NCBI GenBank assembly: GCA_050258195.1
Contig: JBLMYI010000017.1
Span: forward strand, 1 to 49,621
Length of the DNA: 49,621 bases
Direction of reading: 5' to 3'
Source: Actinomycetota bacterium
GTDB taxonomy: Bacteria; Desulfobacterota; Deferrimicrobia; Deferrimicrobiales; Deferrimicrobiaceae
Shown here: positions 31,129 through 41,267 of the stretch, piece after piece
Numbering within the stretch: the first letter of the stretch is position 1
Layout: every line of letters starts with the position of its first letter
Notes under the pieces: model-generated
Databases searched by the model: none
Told to the model about the DNA's origin: nothing
The model's input: the letters and a program-made list of their open reading frames with translations, nothing else
Program-made: the position numbers and the translations under genes

Positions 31129-32016
31129 GTGCGGGACATCGAGGTCGCGTTGCAGGTGAAGCTGCGGGAGCACACCACCATCGGGATCGGGGGCCCCGCC
31201 GACCGGCTGGTGTTTCCGCGATCCGCGGCGCAGGTCCGGGAGGTCGTCGTGGCGGAGCGCCGCGCGGGGCGCCCCGTGCATGTCCTGGGGGCGGGATCCA
31301 ACCTCCTCGTGGCGGACGGGGGCGTATCCGCCACCGTCCTGTGCACGAAGAAGCACCTCTCCAAGGTGGTCTTCCTCTCCGACGGGTCGGTGGTCGTGGA
31401 GGCGGGGGCGATGCTCCCCCGGCTGGCCGTGCTCTGCGCCCTGTCCGGGCTCTCGGGGATCGAGCCGCTCTCCGGGATCCCGGGAACGGTGGGCGGCGCG
31501 CTGTCGATGAACGCCGGGGCCTACGGGCGGAGCATCGGGGAGCTGGTGGAGTGGGTGGAGGTGGTCGACGCCGAAGGGGAGATCCACAGGGTCGAGGCGC
31601 GGGCGATCCGGTTCGGGTACCGCGAGGCGAACTACCCCGTCCAGGGGATCGTGGTGCGGGCCGGGTTCCGGTTCGCGGCCGGGACGAGGGAGGCCGTGTT
31701 CGAGCGGATGCGGCAGTTCAACGAGAAGCGCCGCGCCAGCCAGCCGTGGGGAGAGAGGACCTTCGGGTCCGCGTTCCGGAATCCTCCCGAGGGCATGGGA
31801 AAGGCCAGGGAGCTGCTCGAGCGGGCGGGGATGAAGGGAGAGCGGGAAGGGGACGCCTGCTTCTCCGAGAAGCACGCGAACTTCCTTGTGAACCGGGGAC
31901 GCGCCACCGCGGCGGATGTCCGTCGGCTCCTGTCCCGCGGCCAGAGCGCGGTGCGGGTGTCCTGCGGCGTCCTGCTCCTCCCCGAGGTCAAAATGTGGGG
32001 GGACTTCGATGTCTGA
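31129..32016 (+). CDS. murB: UDP-N-acetylenolpyruvoylglucosamine reductase
   Basis: FAD-binding N-terminus (HTTIGIGGPA) and C-terminal SAFRNP / HANFLVN motifs. GTG 31129 lies 11 nt after GGGAGG. The ORF track also allows ATG 31057, which would overlap murC. Confidence 0.88.
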   Translation: MRDIEVALQVKLREHTTIGIGGPADRLVFPRSAAQVREVVVAERRAGRPVHVLGAGSNLLVADGGVSATVLCTKKHLSKVVFLSDGSVVVEAGAMLPRLAVLCALSGLSGIEPLSGIPGTVGGALSMNAGAYGRSIGELVEWVEVVDAEGEIHRVEARAIRFGYREANYPVQGIVVRAGFRFAAGTREAVFERMRQFNEKRRASQPWGERTFGSAFRNPPEGMGKARELLERAGMKGEREGDACFSEKHANFLVNRGRATAADVRRLLSRGQSAVRVSCGVLLLPEVKMWGDFDV

Positions 32017-32938
32017 ACAATTCGCATTCACCGGGAGGAAAGTGGGCGTCTTCCTGGGCGGGGTTTCCGCGGAGCGGGAGGTCTCCCTCCGGACGGGAGC
32101 GGCCGCCGCCGCGGCGCTGCGGAGACTCGGGTGCGACGTCCGCGAGATCGACATCCGGGAGGACTGGCTGGGCACGATCCGGGACGCGGGTGTCGACGTC
32201 GCGTTCCTCGCTCTCCACGGGCGGTTCGGGGAGGACGGCTGCATCCAGGCCGCGTGCGAACTCGCCCGGCTCCCGTACACGGGGTCCGGGGTCGCCGCCT
32301 CGGCCATCGCGATGAGCAAGGTGCTCGGGAAGCGGGTGGCCGCATCGGCGGGTGTGCCGTGCGCCCCGGACGCGGTCTACGAGGGGGCGGATCGCGCGGG
32401 GGCGAAACCGCCCGATTTCGGCTTTCCCCTCGTGGTGAAGCCCGACCGGGAAGGGTCCACCGTCGGCATCACGATCGTCCGCGGCCCGGACCAGTGGGAA
32501 GCCGCGCTGGCCGAGGCGGCGAAATACGACACCCGGATCCTGGCGGAGGGGTTCATCCCCGGCCGGGAGATCACCGTGGGGATCCTGAACGGGAAGGTCC
32601 TCCCCGCGATCGAGATCGTCCCGAAGTCCGGCTTCTACGATTACCGGTCCAAGTACACCGCGGGGCAGACGGAGTACGTGATCCCGGTGCCGATGGACCG
32701 GGACATCCTCCTCCGCGCCGCGGAGTACACGCGGCGCGCCGCCCGGACGATGGGGCTGCGGGGGGCCGCGCGGCTCGACTACCGCATCGACCCGGCGGGG
32801 AACGTTTTCTTCCTCGAGGCCAACACGATCCCGGGAATGACGGAGACGAGCCTCCTCCCCAAGGCGGCGAAGTTCGACGGACTGACCTTCGACGAGCTCG
32901 TTGCCGGTATCCTTTCCGACGCGGGGCTCGGGAAATAG
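32009..32938 (+). CDS. ddl: D-alanine--D-alanine ligase
   Basis: ATP-grasp pattern (GGVSAEREVSL, ALHGRFGEDG, EANTIPGMTETSL). The ATG overlaps the murB 3' end. Confidence 0.93.
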   Translation: MSEQFAFTGRKVGVFLGGVSAEREVSLRTGAAAAAALRRLGCDVREIDIREDWLGTIRDAGVDVAFLALHGRFGEDGCIQAACELARLPYTGSGVAASAIAMSKVLGKRVAASAGVPCAPDAVYEGADRAGAKPPDFGFPLVVKPDREGSTVGITIVRGPDQWEAALAEAAKYDTRILAEGFIPGREITVGILNGKVLPAIEIVPKSGFYDYRSKYTAGQTEYVIPVPMDRDILLRAAEYTRRAARTMGLRGAARLDYRIDPAGNVFFLEANTIPGMTETSLLPKAAKFDGLTFDELVAGILSDAGLGK

Positions 32939-33784
32939 ATGATCGAGTACCGCGCATACCACAAGACCCGCCGCGGAAAGCGTGGAAGCGCCGGGCGGGC
33001 CGTGCGGAAGAAGGACAAGGGGAAGGGTCCGCAGCGGAGTTCGTCGGGGTCGAGGCTGCGCAGGATCGGGTGGATTGCCGCCGGCCTGCTCGTCGCGGGG
33101 TTCACCGGCGTGGCGTTCGCCTCCGCCTATTCGTGGATCACGCGCTCGCCGCTCTTCACGGTGCGCACCGTCGACATGAACCGGTGCGCGAACGTTTCGG
33201 ACGAGGAAGTGTGGGCGATCGTCCGCGGAAACGGGTCGGGCAACCTCTGGTCCGTCCCGGCGAAAGAGGTCGCGCGTCGCCTGTCCGGCCACCCCTGGGT
33301 CCGCTCCGTCTCGATCCGCAAGTCGTTTCCGGACCGCCTGGTCGTGCAGGTCCGGGAGCGCACGCCGGTCGCCATGGTGAACCTGGACGTCCTCCACTAT
33401 CTCGACGAGGAGGGGCGCCCGTTCAAGCGGCTGACCGCGTACGACCCGAAGAACCTCGCCATCGTCACGGGATTTTCGCGGGAGGAACTCCTTCGGAAGG
33501 ACCCGGTGACGACGCGGAATCTTCGGAAGACCCTCGACCTGCTGCAGGGGGTGGAGGCGGGCGCGCTTCGCCAGAACGTGTCCGAGATCCATTTCGACGC
33601 GCAGGACGGCTACACGGTCGTGACGCGTGACGCCGGGCTGCAGCTCAAGATCGGAACGATGGACGTCAAGGAGGCGATCCGCCGGATCGAGGCGGCCATG
33701 CCCAGGATATCGGGGATGGCCCGGTCGTCGGGGATCGCCGACCTCAAAACAGAGGGCCGGGTCTTCATGCGGCCGGGGGAGTGA
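32939..33784 (+). CDS. ftsQ: Cell division protein FtsQ
   Basis: Basic N-terminus, single transmembrane segment and a POTRA-like segment (VRTVDMNRCANVSDEEV). Sits at the canonical position between ddl and ftsA. Confidence 0.85.
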   Translation: MIEYRAYHKTRRGKRGSAGRAVRKKDKGKGPQRSSSGSRLRRIGWIAAGLLVAGFTGVAFASAYSWITRSPLFTVRTVDMNRCANVSDEEVWAIVRGNGSGNLWSVPAKEVARRLSGHPWVRSVSIRKSFPDRLVVQVRERTPVAMVNLDVLHYLDEEGRPFKRLTAYDPKNLAIVTGFSREELLRKDPVTTRNLRKTLDLLQGVEAGALRQNVSEIHFDAQDGYTVVTRDAGLQLKIGTMDVKEAIRRIEAAMPRISGMARSSGIADLKTEGRVFMRPGE

Positions 33785-35017
33785 ATGGACACGAAATCGA
33801 ATGATCAGGTGATCGCGGGGCTGGACGTCGGGTCGAGCCAGGTGACCACGGTCCTCGGGAGGAAGACGCAGGACGGCGTGGAGATCCTCGGGATGGGGGA
33901 GTGCCCCACGGAGGGGATGCGGAGAGGGGCCGTGGTGAACGTCGACGCCACGGTGAAGTCGATCCGGCAGAGCGTCACGGAGGCGGAACGGATGACCGGA
34001 CTGACCGTCGAATCGGTCTTCGCCGGGATCTCCGGGCCGCTGATCAAGTCGTTCAACAGCCACGCGGCCATCTCGGTGAAGAACGAGCACGAGGTCGCCG
34101 ACGCCGACTTCACCCGGGTCCTCGAGATCGCGCGGACGGTGGAACTCCCCAACGACCGGGAGATCCTGCATGTCCTCACGCAGGAGTTCATGGTCGACGA
34201 CATGGCGGGGATCAAGGACCCGCGGGGAATGACCGGCATCCGCCTCGACGCGCGCGTGCACGTGGTGACCAACGACGTACCGGGGTCGCGAAACCTGGCG
34301 CGGTGCGTGGAGAAGGCGGACCTCGACGTCGAAAGCTTCGTCCTCTCCCCGCTGGCGTCGGCCGAGGCGGTGCTCACCCCGGAGGAGCGCGAGGTCGGCG
34401 TGGCGCTGATGGACTTCGGGGGGGGGACCGTGGAGGTCGTGATCTTCTTCAACGGTTCCCTGCGGCACACCTACGTCCTGCCCCTGGGGGGGAGCAACAT
34501 CACCTCCGACATCGCGATCGGCCTGAAGCTGCCCCAGTCGGACGCGGAGATCCTGAAGGTCTCCTCGGGATGCGCGATGATCCAGAAGGTGCGCCGGGAC
34601 GAACTGGTGGAACTGCCGGGGGTGGGCGGGCGGCTGCCCCGTCCGATCCGGCGGCAATACCTCAGCGAGATCATCGAGCCGCGCGCGGAAGAGATCTTCA
34701 CCCTTCTGCGGAAGGAGATCCTCCGGTCCGGCTACGAGGAGAACCTCGGGGCCGGGGTGGTGCTCACCGGCGGCGGATCGAAGCTGGAGGGCCTCACCGA
34801 CCTCGGGGAGCGGGTGTTCAAGCTCCCGTTCAGGAGGGGGAACCCGATCGGGATCGGAGGGTTGGTCGAGGTCGTCAACGGCCCCGCGTTCGCCACCGCG
34901 GTGGGGTTGGTCCAGTACGGCGCGGGGGCGTCGGAGAGGGTCTACCGGCCGGCGGAGCCCCCGGTGGGCGCGGGGGTGATCGACCGGTTCAAGCGATACC
35001 TGTCGGAATTTTTCTGA
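33785..35017 (+). CDS. ftsA: Cell division protein FtsA
   Basis: Actin-fold motifs (GLDVGSS, DFGGGT, VLTGGGS). Confidence 0.94.
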   Translation: MDTKSNDQVIAGLDVGSSQVTTVLGRKTQDGVEILGMGECPTEGMRRGAVVNVDATVKSIRQSVTEAERMTGLTVESVFAGISGPLIKSFNSHAAISVKNEHEVADADFTRVLEIARTVELPNDREILHVLTQEFMVDDMAGIKDPRGMTGIRLDARVHVVTNDVPGSRNLARCVEKADLDVESFVLSPLASAEAVLTPEEREVGVALMDFGGGTVEVVIFFNGSLRHTYVLPLGGSNITSDIAIGLKLPQSDAEILKVSSGCAMIQKVRRDELVELPGVGGRLPRPIRRQYLSEIIEPRAEEIFTLLRKEILRSGYEENLGAGVVLTGGGSKLEGLTDLGERVFKLPFRRGNPIGIGGLVEVVNGPAFATAVGLVQYGAGASERVYRPAEPPVGAGVIDRFKRYLSEFF

Positions 35018-35046
35018 TACGGAAACCCGGGGAAAAGGAGGAACGG

Positions 35047-36249
35047 ATGGCCAGAACGGAGCAGGAAGCAGCATCGGGCCGGTTGTTCACGATCGTCGAG
35101 GAGAACCGCTGCCACGCCGTCATCAAGGTGTTCGGCGTGGGCGGCGGCGGCAACAACGCCATCAACACGATGATCGAGGAAGGGCTGCAGGGCGTCGAGT
35201 TCATCGCCGCGAACACCGACGCGCAGGCGCTGTCGCGGAGCCTGGCGCCCCTCAAGCTCCAGCTGGGGGCCCGGCTGACGAAGGGCCTCGGCGCGGGCGC
35301 CAACCCCGACATCGGCCGGCAGGCGGCCCTCGAGGACCGCGACCTGATCCGGGAGGCCCTCACCGGCGCGGACATGGTGTTCATCACGGCGGGCCTGGGC
35401 GGCGGCACGGGGACCGGCGCGGGGCCGGTGGTCGCCGAGGTGGCGAGGGAGGTCGGGGCGCTCACGGTGGCGATCGTGACGCGGCCGTTCCCCTTCGAGG
35501 GGCTTACCCGGAAACGGCAGGCGGACGGGGGGACGAAGGATCTGAGAAGCATCGTCGACACGATCATCGTCATCCCGAACGAGAAGCTGCTTCTGATCGC
35601 CGGGAAAGAGATGCGCTTCGTCGAGGCGTTCCGGAAGGTGGACGACGTGCTTTTCCAGGCGGTCCGCGGGATCTCCGAGCTGATCACGAAGCCCGGCTAC
35701 ATCAACCTCGATTTCGCCGACGTCAAGACGATCATGTCCGGGATGGGTGTGGCGCTGATGGGAACGGGCGGGGCTTCCGGACAGAACCGGGCCGTCGCCG
35801 CCGCCGAGAAGGCGATCTCGAGCCCGCTCCTCGAGGATGTCTCGATCCGCGGAGCCCGGGGTGTCCTCATCAACATCACCGCCGGGACGTCCCTGTCCCT
35901 GAGCGAGGTGAACGACGCGGCGAGCCTGGTCCGGGAGGAGGCCTCCGACGAGGCGAACATCATCTTCGGGACGGTGATCGACGAATCGCTCGGGGACGAG
36001 TTGAAGGTCACGGTGGTCGCGACCGGGTTCGAGCCGGGCGTCGCGGAGGGCGTGTTGAGGAACCCGCGGAAGGGGATCAAGCTGGTCAGCCGGGCCGACG
36101 ACCTGCAGACCCCGACGTTCCTGCGGGCCACCGCGCCGAAGACGTTCGACGAGCGCCTGGACGATCTCCCCCTGATCGACAAGGAGACGGAGATCGAGTC
36201 GCTCGACGAGTTCGAGATTCCCACGTTCCTCCGCCGGCGGGTGGAGTAG
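35047..36249 (+). CDS. ftsZ: Cell division protein FtsZ
   Basis: Tubulin signature [13 protein letters not shown], the NTDAQAL motif and the C-terminal conserved peptide EIPTFLRR. Confidence 0.97.
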   Translation: MARTEQEAASGRLFTIVEENRCHAVIKVFGVGGGGNNAINTMIEEGLQGVEFIAANTDAQALSRSLAPLKLQLGARLTKGLGAGANPDIGRQAALEDRDLIREALTGADMVFITAGLGGGTGTGAGPVVAEVAREVGALTVAIVTRPFPFEGLTRKRQADGGTKDLRSIVDTIIVIPNEKLLLIAGKEMRFVEAFRKVDDVLFQAVRGISELITKPGYINLDFADVKTIMSGMGVALMGTGGASGQNRAVAAAEKAISSPLLEDVSIRGARGVLINITAGTSLSLSEVNDAASLVREEASDEANIIFGTVIDESLGDELKVTVVATGFEPGVAEGVLRNPRKGIKLVSRADDLQTPTFLRATAPKTFDERLDDLPLIDKETEIESLDEFEIPTFLRRRVE

Positions 36250-36266
36250 CCGGCGGCCCGGTAGTC

Positions 36267-37991
36267 GTGGGAAGGCCGCGCCGCAGGGGCGCCGGGCCCG
36301 CGAACGAGATCTTCGCCGCGCGCAAGGATTGGGGAGCCGGAATCCGCGTCGCGCTCGTCTACCCCAACCTGTACGCGGCGGGAATGTCGAACCTCGGGTT
36401 CCTTCTGATCCATGCCCGGATCAACGCGCGTCCGGACGCCCTTTGCGAGCGGGCATTTCTTTCGGGGAACGGCCGGCGGCGCGCACCGCCGCGGGGGGTG
36501 GGGGCCGGTCCCGCGGATTCGGCCGTCGAGGGAAGGACGCTCGAGAGCGGGCGCCCCCTTTCCTCGTTCGACATCGTCGCCCTCTCCCTCTCGTACGAGA
36601 ACGACCTGCTGAACGTCCCCGCGATCCTCGCCGCGGGCGGGGTCCCCCCGTTCCGGGAGGACCGCGCGGCCTCCGGCGGCCGGCACCCCCTCGTCGTTGC
36701 GGGAGGATTCGCCGCGTCGCTCAACCCGGAGCCGGCCGGGGCCTTCGCCGACGCCGTGGTCGTGGGCGACGGGGAGCGGGCGATGGACCTCCTCCTGGAC
36801 CATGGACCCGCGCCTACCGGGGACCCCGGGTATCGAAGGGAACTCTCCTCCATCCCCGGCGTGTACGTCCCGGGGGGGTATCGGCCGGAGTACGGTGAAT
36901 CGTCGACGGCGGACAGGGCCTCCGGCCTGCTCCCGGCGCTCCGGGCAATGGAACCGCTTCCGGGGTTCCCCGCCCGCGTCGCGCGCGAGGTCCTCGATCT
37001 CCGCTCCCTCCCCCCCGCCCCGCCCGTCATCCTCTCGGAGGAGACGGAGCTGGGAAGCATGTCCCTCGTCGAGACGTCCCGCGGCTGCCCGGGGATGTGC
37101 GGATTCTGCGCCGCGGCCCACGCCTGCCCCTCCTTCCGGGAGTTTCCTCTCGACCGCGTGCGCGCCGCCGTCGACGCGGCGTGGCCTTACCGAAGGAAGG
37201 TCGGGCTCATCGGCGCCGCGGTCCTCGACTGGGGTCCCTTCCGGCAGCTGGCTCGGGAGATCCTCGACCGGGGAGGGACGGTTTCGCCCGCCTCCGTCCG
37301 CGCGGACCGCGTCGACGAGGAGATTGCGGAGATCCTCGCGCGGAGCGGTCACCGCACCGTGGCCCTGGCGCCGGAATGCGGCGACGCCCGGCTGCGCGCG
37401 AGGGTGGGGAAGCGCGTTCCGGACGAAACGTTCTTCACCGCCGCGGAGGTCCTCGCCCGTTCGGGGATCGTCTCCTTCAAGCTGTACTTCCTGCTCGGCC
37501 TTCCGGGTGTGCCGCGGGAGGAGGAGGTCGGGGGGATCGCCCGCTTCCTCGGGAGCTTCCGGGAGCGCGTTCTCGCGGTGGCGCGCGGGATCGGCCGGAT
37601 GGGGGTCGTGACGCCGGTGCTCTCCCCCTTCGTCCCGAAGCCGTTCACGCCGCTGCAGTGGGCTTCGATGACCCCGGAGGGGGAACTCAAGGCGCGGCAG
37701 GCGGGGGTTGCCGCCGCCGTCCGCGGGATCCCCAACGTGCGGGTCTCCGCCCCGACCCCATGGGACGCGGTCGTGCAGGGGTACCTCGGGCTTTCGGACC
37801 GGAGGGTCGCCGCCGGCCTGCGGGCCGCGCGCCCCGGGAGGCTCCCGCGCTCCGCGCCCGGGTTGGCGGGAGCGCTGGCGTCGGTGGTGTTCCGCGAGAA
37901 GGGCGGGGGGGAGTTCCTCCCCTGGGGGATGATCGACGGGGGCCTGCGAAATGACGTGCTGCGCGCCCGCTACGAGATCTTCTTCCTTTAG
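36267..37991 (+). CDS. Radical SAM protein resembling the TIGR03960 uncharacterized family
   Basis: CxxxCxxC cluster motif in ETSRGCPGMCGFC. The N-terminal VALVYPNLYAAGMSNLGF resembles the TIGR03960 start as I remember it. GTG start 17 nt after ftsZ. Confidence 0.78.
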   Translation: MGRPRRRGAGPANEIFAARKDWGAGIRVALVYPNLYAAGMSNLGFLLIHARINARPDALCERAFLSGNGRRRAPPRGVGAGPADSAVEGRTLESGRPLSSFDIVALSLSYENDLLNVPAILAAGGVPPFREDRAASGGRHPLVVAGGFAASLNPEPAGAFADAVVVGDGERAMDLLLDHGPAPTGDPGYRRELSSIPGVYVPGGYRPEYGESSTADRASGLLPALRAMEPLPGFPARVAREVLDLRSLPPAPPVILSEETELGSMSLVETSRGCPGMCGFCAAAHACPSFREFPLDRVRAAVDAAWPYRRKVGLIGAAVLDWGPFRQLAREILDRGGTVSPASVRADRVDEEIAEILARSGHRTVALAPECGDARLRARVGKRVPDETFFTAAEVLARSGIVSFKLYFLLGLPGVPREEEVGGIARFLGSFRERVLAVARGIGRMGVVTPVLSPFVPKPFTPLQWASMTPEGELKARQAGVAAAVRGIPNVRVSAPTPWDAVVQGYLGLSDRRVAAGLRAARPGRLPRSAPGLAGALASVVFREKGGGEFLPWGMIDGGLRNDVLRARYEIFFL

Positions 37992-38004
37992 GCAGGCCGG
38001 CGGG

Positions 38005-38406
38005 TCAGCCCTGCGAGACCCGCACCATCACGTTCCGGGTGCGGGGGCCGTCGAATTCGCACAGGAAGACCGACTGCCAGTTTCCGAGCACCAGCTGGCC
38101 GGCCTCGACGAGCACGACGACGCTCGATCCGAGAAGGCTGGACTTGATGTGGGCGTGGGAATTCCCCTCGGTGTGGAGGTACGTCCCGTCGGAAGGGGCG
38201 ACCTGCTCGAGGCGGTTCAGCAGGTCGCGCCGGACGTTCGGGTCGGCGTTCTCGTTGATGGTCACCGCCGCCGTGGTATGGGGGATGAACACCAGGCAGG
38301 CGCCGCTTTTCACGCCGCTCTCCCGCACCACGAGGCGGACCTGCTTGGTGATGTCGACCATCTGCTGCGCGTTTTCGGTTTTTACGGTGATCGTCTTGAA
38401 CGCCAT
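38005..38406 (-). CDS. yjbQ: YjbQ/UPF0047 family protein (secondary thiamine-phosphate synthase-like)
   Basis: 133 aa with IPHTTAAVTINENADP and HTEGNSHAHIKSSL motifs. The ATG is the complement of 38404-38406. Confidence 0.88.
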   Translation of the reverse strand: MAFKTITVKTENAQQMVDITKQVRLVVRESGVKSGACLVFIPHTTAAVTINENADPNVRRDLLNRLEQVAPSDGTYLHTEGNSHAHIKSSLLGSSVVVLVEAGQLVLGNWQSVFLCEFDGPRTRNVMVRVSQG

Positions 38407-38487
38407 AGAGTGAACTCCACCCGGGTACGGAAGTTGATACTTTTTACCACGGAGCGCCCCCGGAGGGCAAGGGAGGCGCGGGAACGT

Positions 38488-38517
38488 TTGGCGTGATCGG
38501 CGGGATTCCCATATAAT
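38488..38517 (+). promoter_or_regulatory. Candidate promoter for maf-yggS-proC-yggT-yggU
   Basis: TTGGCG (38488-38493), an 18-nt spacer, then TATAAT (38512-38517). The -10 ends only 9 nt before ATG 38527. Confidence 0.4.
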
Positions 38518-38526
38518 GCATTCCCG

Positions 38527-39156
38527 ATGGTCCCGTCGGCCCGAATGATCCTCGCCTCCGCGTCGCCCCGCCGCCGGGAACTTCTCGCTGCCGTAGGCGT
38601 CCCGTTCCGGGTGGTCCCGTCGGAGGTCGACGAAGTTCCGCGACCCGGCGAGTCCCCTTCGCGGTTCGTCCGCCGGGCCGCTCTCGACAAGGGGGAGGCG
38701 GTGGCGTTGCTTCACCCGGCGTCCTTCGTGCTGTCGGCGGACACCGTCGTGGTGGCGGACGGACGGATCCTCGGGAAGCCCCGGGACCGCGCGGAGGCGA
38801 GGCGGATGCTCTCGCGCCTTGCCGGCCGCGAGCACCGGGTGTACACGGCGGTTTGCCTCCTCTGCCGCGAGCGCGGCTTCCGGGACCTCGGCATGGAGGT
38901 GACCCGGGTGCGGTTCCGGCCCCTCACGGCGGCGGAGGTCGCGGCCTACGCCCGCACGGGGGAGTGCGACGACAAGGCGGGGGCGTACGCGGCGCAGGGG
39001 GCGGGGATGCTGCTCATCGATCGGGTCGCGGGGTCGTTCTCGAATGTAGTGGGTCTTCCGATGACCCGCGTCGTGGCGATGCTGGCGCGGGCGCGCCTGA
39101 TCCGCGTCGCGCGCCGCGGCCCGGGCTGGTACGACTTCGCGGGTGGAGCGCGATGA
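38527..39156 (+). CDS. maf: Maf-like nucleoside triphosphate pyrophosphatase
   Basis: ILASASPRRRELL N-terminus and DKAGAYAAQG motif. An alternative start is ATG 38545. Confidence 0.88.
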   Translation: MVPSARMILASASPRRRELLAAVGVPFRVVPSEVDEVPRPGESPSRFVRRAALDKGEAVALLHPASFVLSADTVVVADGRILGKPRDRAEARRMLSRLAGREHRVYTAVCLLCRERGFRDLGMEVTRVRFRPLTAAEVAAYARTGECDDKAGAYAAQGAGMLLIDRVAGSFSNVVGLPMTRVVAMLARARLIRVARRGPGWYDFAGGAR

Positions 39157-39875
39157 CGTTCCCGGGGAGTCCCCCGGGAGACGATGCGCCGCTCGCGGAG
39201 CGGGCCGCGTGGGTGCGGGACCGGATCGCCGACGCCGCGCGGCGGTCGGGGAGGCCGGCCGGTTCGGTGAAGCTCGTCGCGGTGTCGAAGACCCGGCCGC
39301 TCGCGCGGGTCCTCGAGGCGCACGCGGCGGGGCTGTCGGTGTTCGGCGAGAATTACGTCCAGGAGGCGGAGGGGAAGATCGTGGGGCTCCCCGGCGCCGA
39401 ATGGCACCTGATCGGCCGTCTGCAGGGGAACAAGGTCCGCAGGGCGGTCGCGCTGTTCTCCTGGATCCAGACGGCGGATTCCGCCCGGCGGCTCCGCGAG
39501 ATCTCGCGCTGCGCCGCGGAGTCCGGGAGGACGGCGCGGGTCCTGATCGAGGTGAACCTCGGCGACGAGGGGAGCAAGGCGGGGGCCGGCCCGGGGGATC
39601 TCCGGGAGATTCTCGACGCTTCCGCCGGACTCCCCGGGGTGCGGGTGGAGGGGTTCATGGCGATCCCGCCGTTCTCCGCCGACCCCGAGGGGAGCCGGCC
39701 TCACTTCGCGCGGCTGCGGGACCTGCGTGACGCGCTGGCGCGGGAGCATCCCGGTGCGGCGCTCGGGGAGTTGTCGATGGGGATGTCCAACGATTTCGTG
39801 CAGGCGATCGAGGAAGGGGCGACGATGGTCCGCGTCGGGACCGCGATCTTCGGAAGCCGGCAGGGGAGGGGCTGA
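39153..39875 (+). CDS. yggS: YggS-family pyridoxal phosphate homeostasis protein
   Basis: LVAVSKT (PLP lysine), HLIGRLQGNK and LSMGMSNDF motifs. The ATG overlaps the maf stop. Confidence 0.9.
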   Translation: MTFPGSPPGDDAPLAERAAWVRDRIADAARRSGRPAGSVKLVAVSKTRPLARVLEAHAAGLSVFGENYVQEAEGKIVGLPGAEWHLIGRLQGNKVRRAVALFSWIQTADSARRLREISRCAAESGRTARVLIEVNLGDEGSKAGAGPGDLREILDASAGLPGVRVEGFMAIPPFSADPEGSRPHFARLRDLRDALAREHPGAALGELSMGMSNDFVQAIEEGATMVRVGTAIFGSRQGRG

Positions 39876-39879
39876 CATC

Positions 39880-40683
39880 ATGGCGCTCGGATTTCTCGGG
39901 GCGGGAAACATGGGGGAGGCGATGATCCGCGGTCTGCTCTCCGCGAAACTGCGCTCTCCGGAGCAGGTCGTGGTGTTCGACGCCGCCCCGGGCCGGGGCG
40001 AGGAACTGCGCCAGCGGTTCGGGGTCGTCGCCGCCCGTTCCGTCGAGGATCTGCTGCGGGCCTGCGACACGGTGGTGGTCGCCGTGAAGCCGCAGGTCCT
40101 GGCGTCCGTCCTGTCCGGGATCTCCGGGGACGCGGCGCGGGGGAAGACGTTCGTCTCCATCGTGGCGGGCGCGAAGGTCGCCCTCTTCGAGAAGGCGCTG
40201 GGGGGAGGCGCCAAGGTCGTGCGGACGATGCCCAACACGCCGGCGCAGGTCGGCATGGGGAGCACCGGGGTCTATTTCCCGCCCGGCGTCGACGCGGCGA
40301 CGCGGCAAGAGGTCCTCGCCCTGTTCTCCTCCTTCGGGACGGTGGCCGAGATGCCCCGCGAGGAGCTGCTCGACGCGGTGACCGCGCTCTCCGGTTCCGG
40401 TCCCGCTTTCGCGTTCCTCTTCCTCGAGGCGCTGGCGGACGGCGCGGTGCGGGCGGGCATGGGGCGGGCCGAGGCCTCCCTCCTCGCGGCCTCGACCCTC
40501 GAGGGGGCGGCGCGGATGGTCCGCGAGACGGGGAAGCACCCCGCCGAGCTCAAGGACATGGTGATGTCCCCCGGGGGGACGACGGCCGCGGGCGTGGCCG
40601 CGCTGGAGCGCGGAGCCTTCCGGGCGACAGTGATGGACGCGGTGCTGTCCGCCTGGCAGCGGTGCCGCGAATTGTCGAACTGA
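39880..40683 (+). CDS. proC: Pyrroline-5-carboxylate reductase
   Basis: FLGAGNMGEAM Rossmann segment, VVAVKPQ, RTMPNTPA and SPGGTT motifs. Confidence 0.92.
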   Translation: MALGFLGAGNMGEAMIRGLLSAKLRSPEQVVVFDAAPGRGEELRQRFGVVAARSVEDLLRACDTVVVAVKPQVLASVLSGISGDAARGKTFVSIVAGAKVALFEKALGGGAKVVRTMPNTPAQVGMGSTGVYFPPGVDAATRQEVLALFSSFGTVAEMPREELLDAVTALSGSGPAFAFLFLEALADGAVRAGMGRAEASLLAASTLEGAARMVRETGKHPAELKDMVMSPGGTTAAGVAALERGAFRATVMDAVLSAWQRCRELSN

Positions 40684-40695
40684 GAGGGAGGAGAA

Positions 40696-40995
40696 ATGTT
40701 CGTCCTGGGGAATCTGTTGGGCGCCGTAGCGAAAATTCTCCACATCGTCCTGATGGGGTACATGTGGGTGATCATCATCAGGGCGCTGCTTTCGTGGGTC
40801 AACCCCGATCCGTACAACCCGATCGTCCGCGCCCTCTACTCGGTGACCGAGCCGATCCTCTCCCGCCTTCGCCGGAAACTCCCGCTGTTCGCCGGCTCGA
40901 TCGACTTCTCCCCGATCGTCGTGATCCTGATCATCTACTTCCTCGACTGGTTTCTCGTGGGGACGATCCTGGACCTGTCGATCCGGCTGCGATGA
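40696..40995 (+). CDS. yggT: YggT family membrane protein
   Basis: 99 aa, two hydrophobic segments, and the conserved IIIRALLSWVNPD...P..R.L..VTEP pattern. Confidence 0.85.
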   Translation: MFVLGNLLGAVAKILHIVLMGYMWVIIIRALLSWVNPDPYNPIVRALYSVTEPILSRLRRKLPLFAGSIDFSPIVVILIIYFLDWFLVGTILDLSIRLR

Positions 40996-41267
40996 GTCCG
41001 CCGCCGTCCGCGACGCTCTCCGTTCGCGTCACCCCCCGCTCCGGGAAGGAGGGGATCGCGGGATTCGAGGGCGGTGTCCTGCGGATCCGGCTCAACGCCC
41101 CTCCGGTCGAGGGACAGGCCAACGCCGCTCTCGTCCGGTTCCTCTCGAAAGCGCTGGGAGTCCCGAAAAGCCGTATCGCGCTGGTCGCGGGCGATAGGGG
41201 GCGCAACAAGATCGTTCGCGTCGACGGCATCACCCGCGATGCGCTGTTCGCCGCCCTCGATCTATAG
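40992..41267 (+). CDS. DUF167 (YggU) family protein
   Basis: VRVTPRSGK....L.IRLNAPPVEGQAN.AL..FL pattern. The ATG overlaps the yggT stop (ATGA). Confidence 0.85.
   Translation: MSPPPSATLSVRVTPRSGKEGIAGFEGGVLRIRLNAPPVEGQANAALVRFLSKALGVPKSRIALVAGDRGRNKIVRVDGITRDALFAALDL

Noticed and set aside
41262-41267. The palindrome CTATAG provides the stop codons of both convergent genes (yggU on + and the SDR on -).
   Set aside because: It is real but trivial: a 6-nt tail-to-tail overlap with no evident regulatory meaning.
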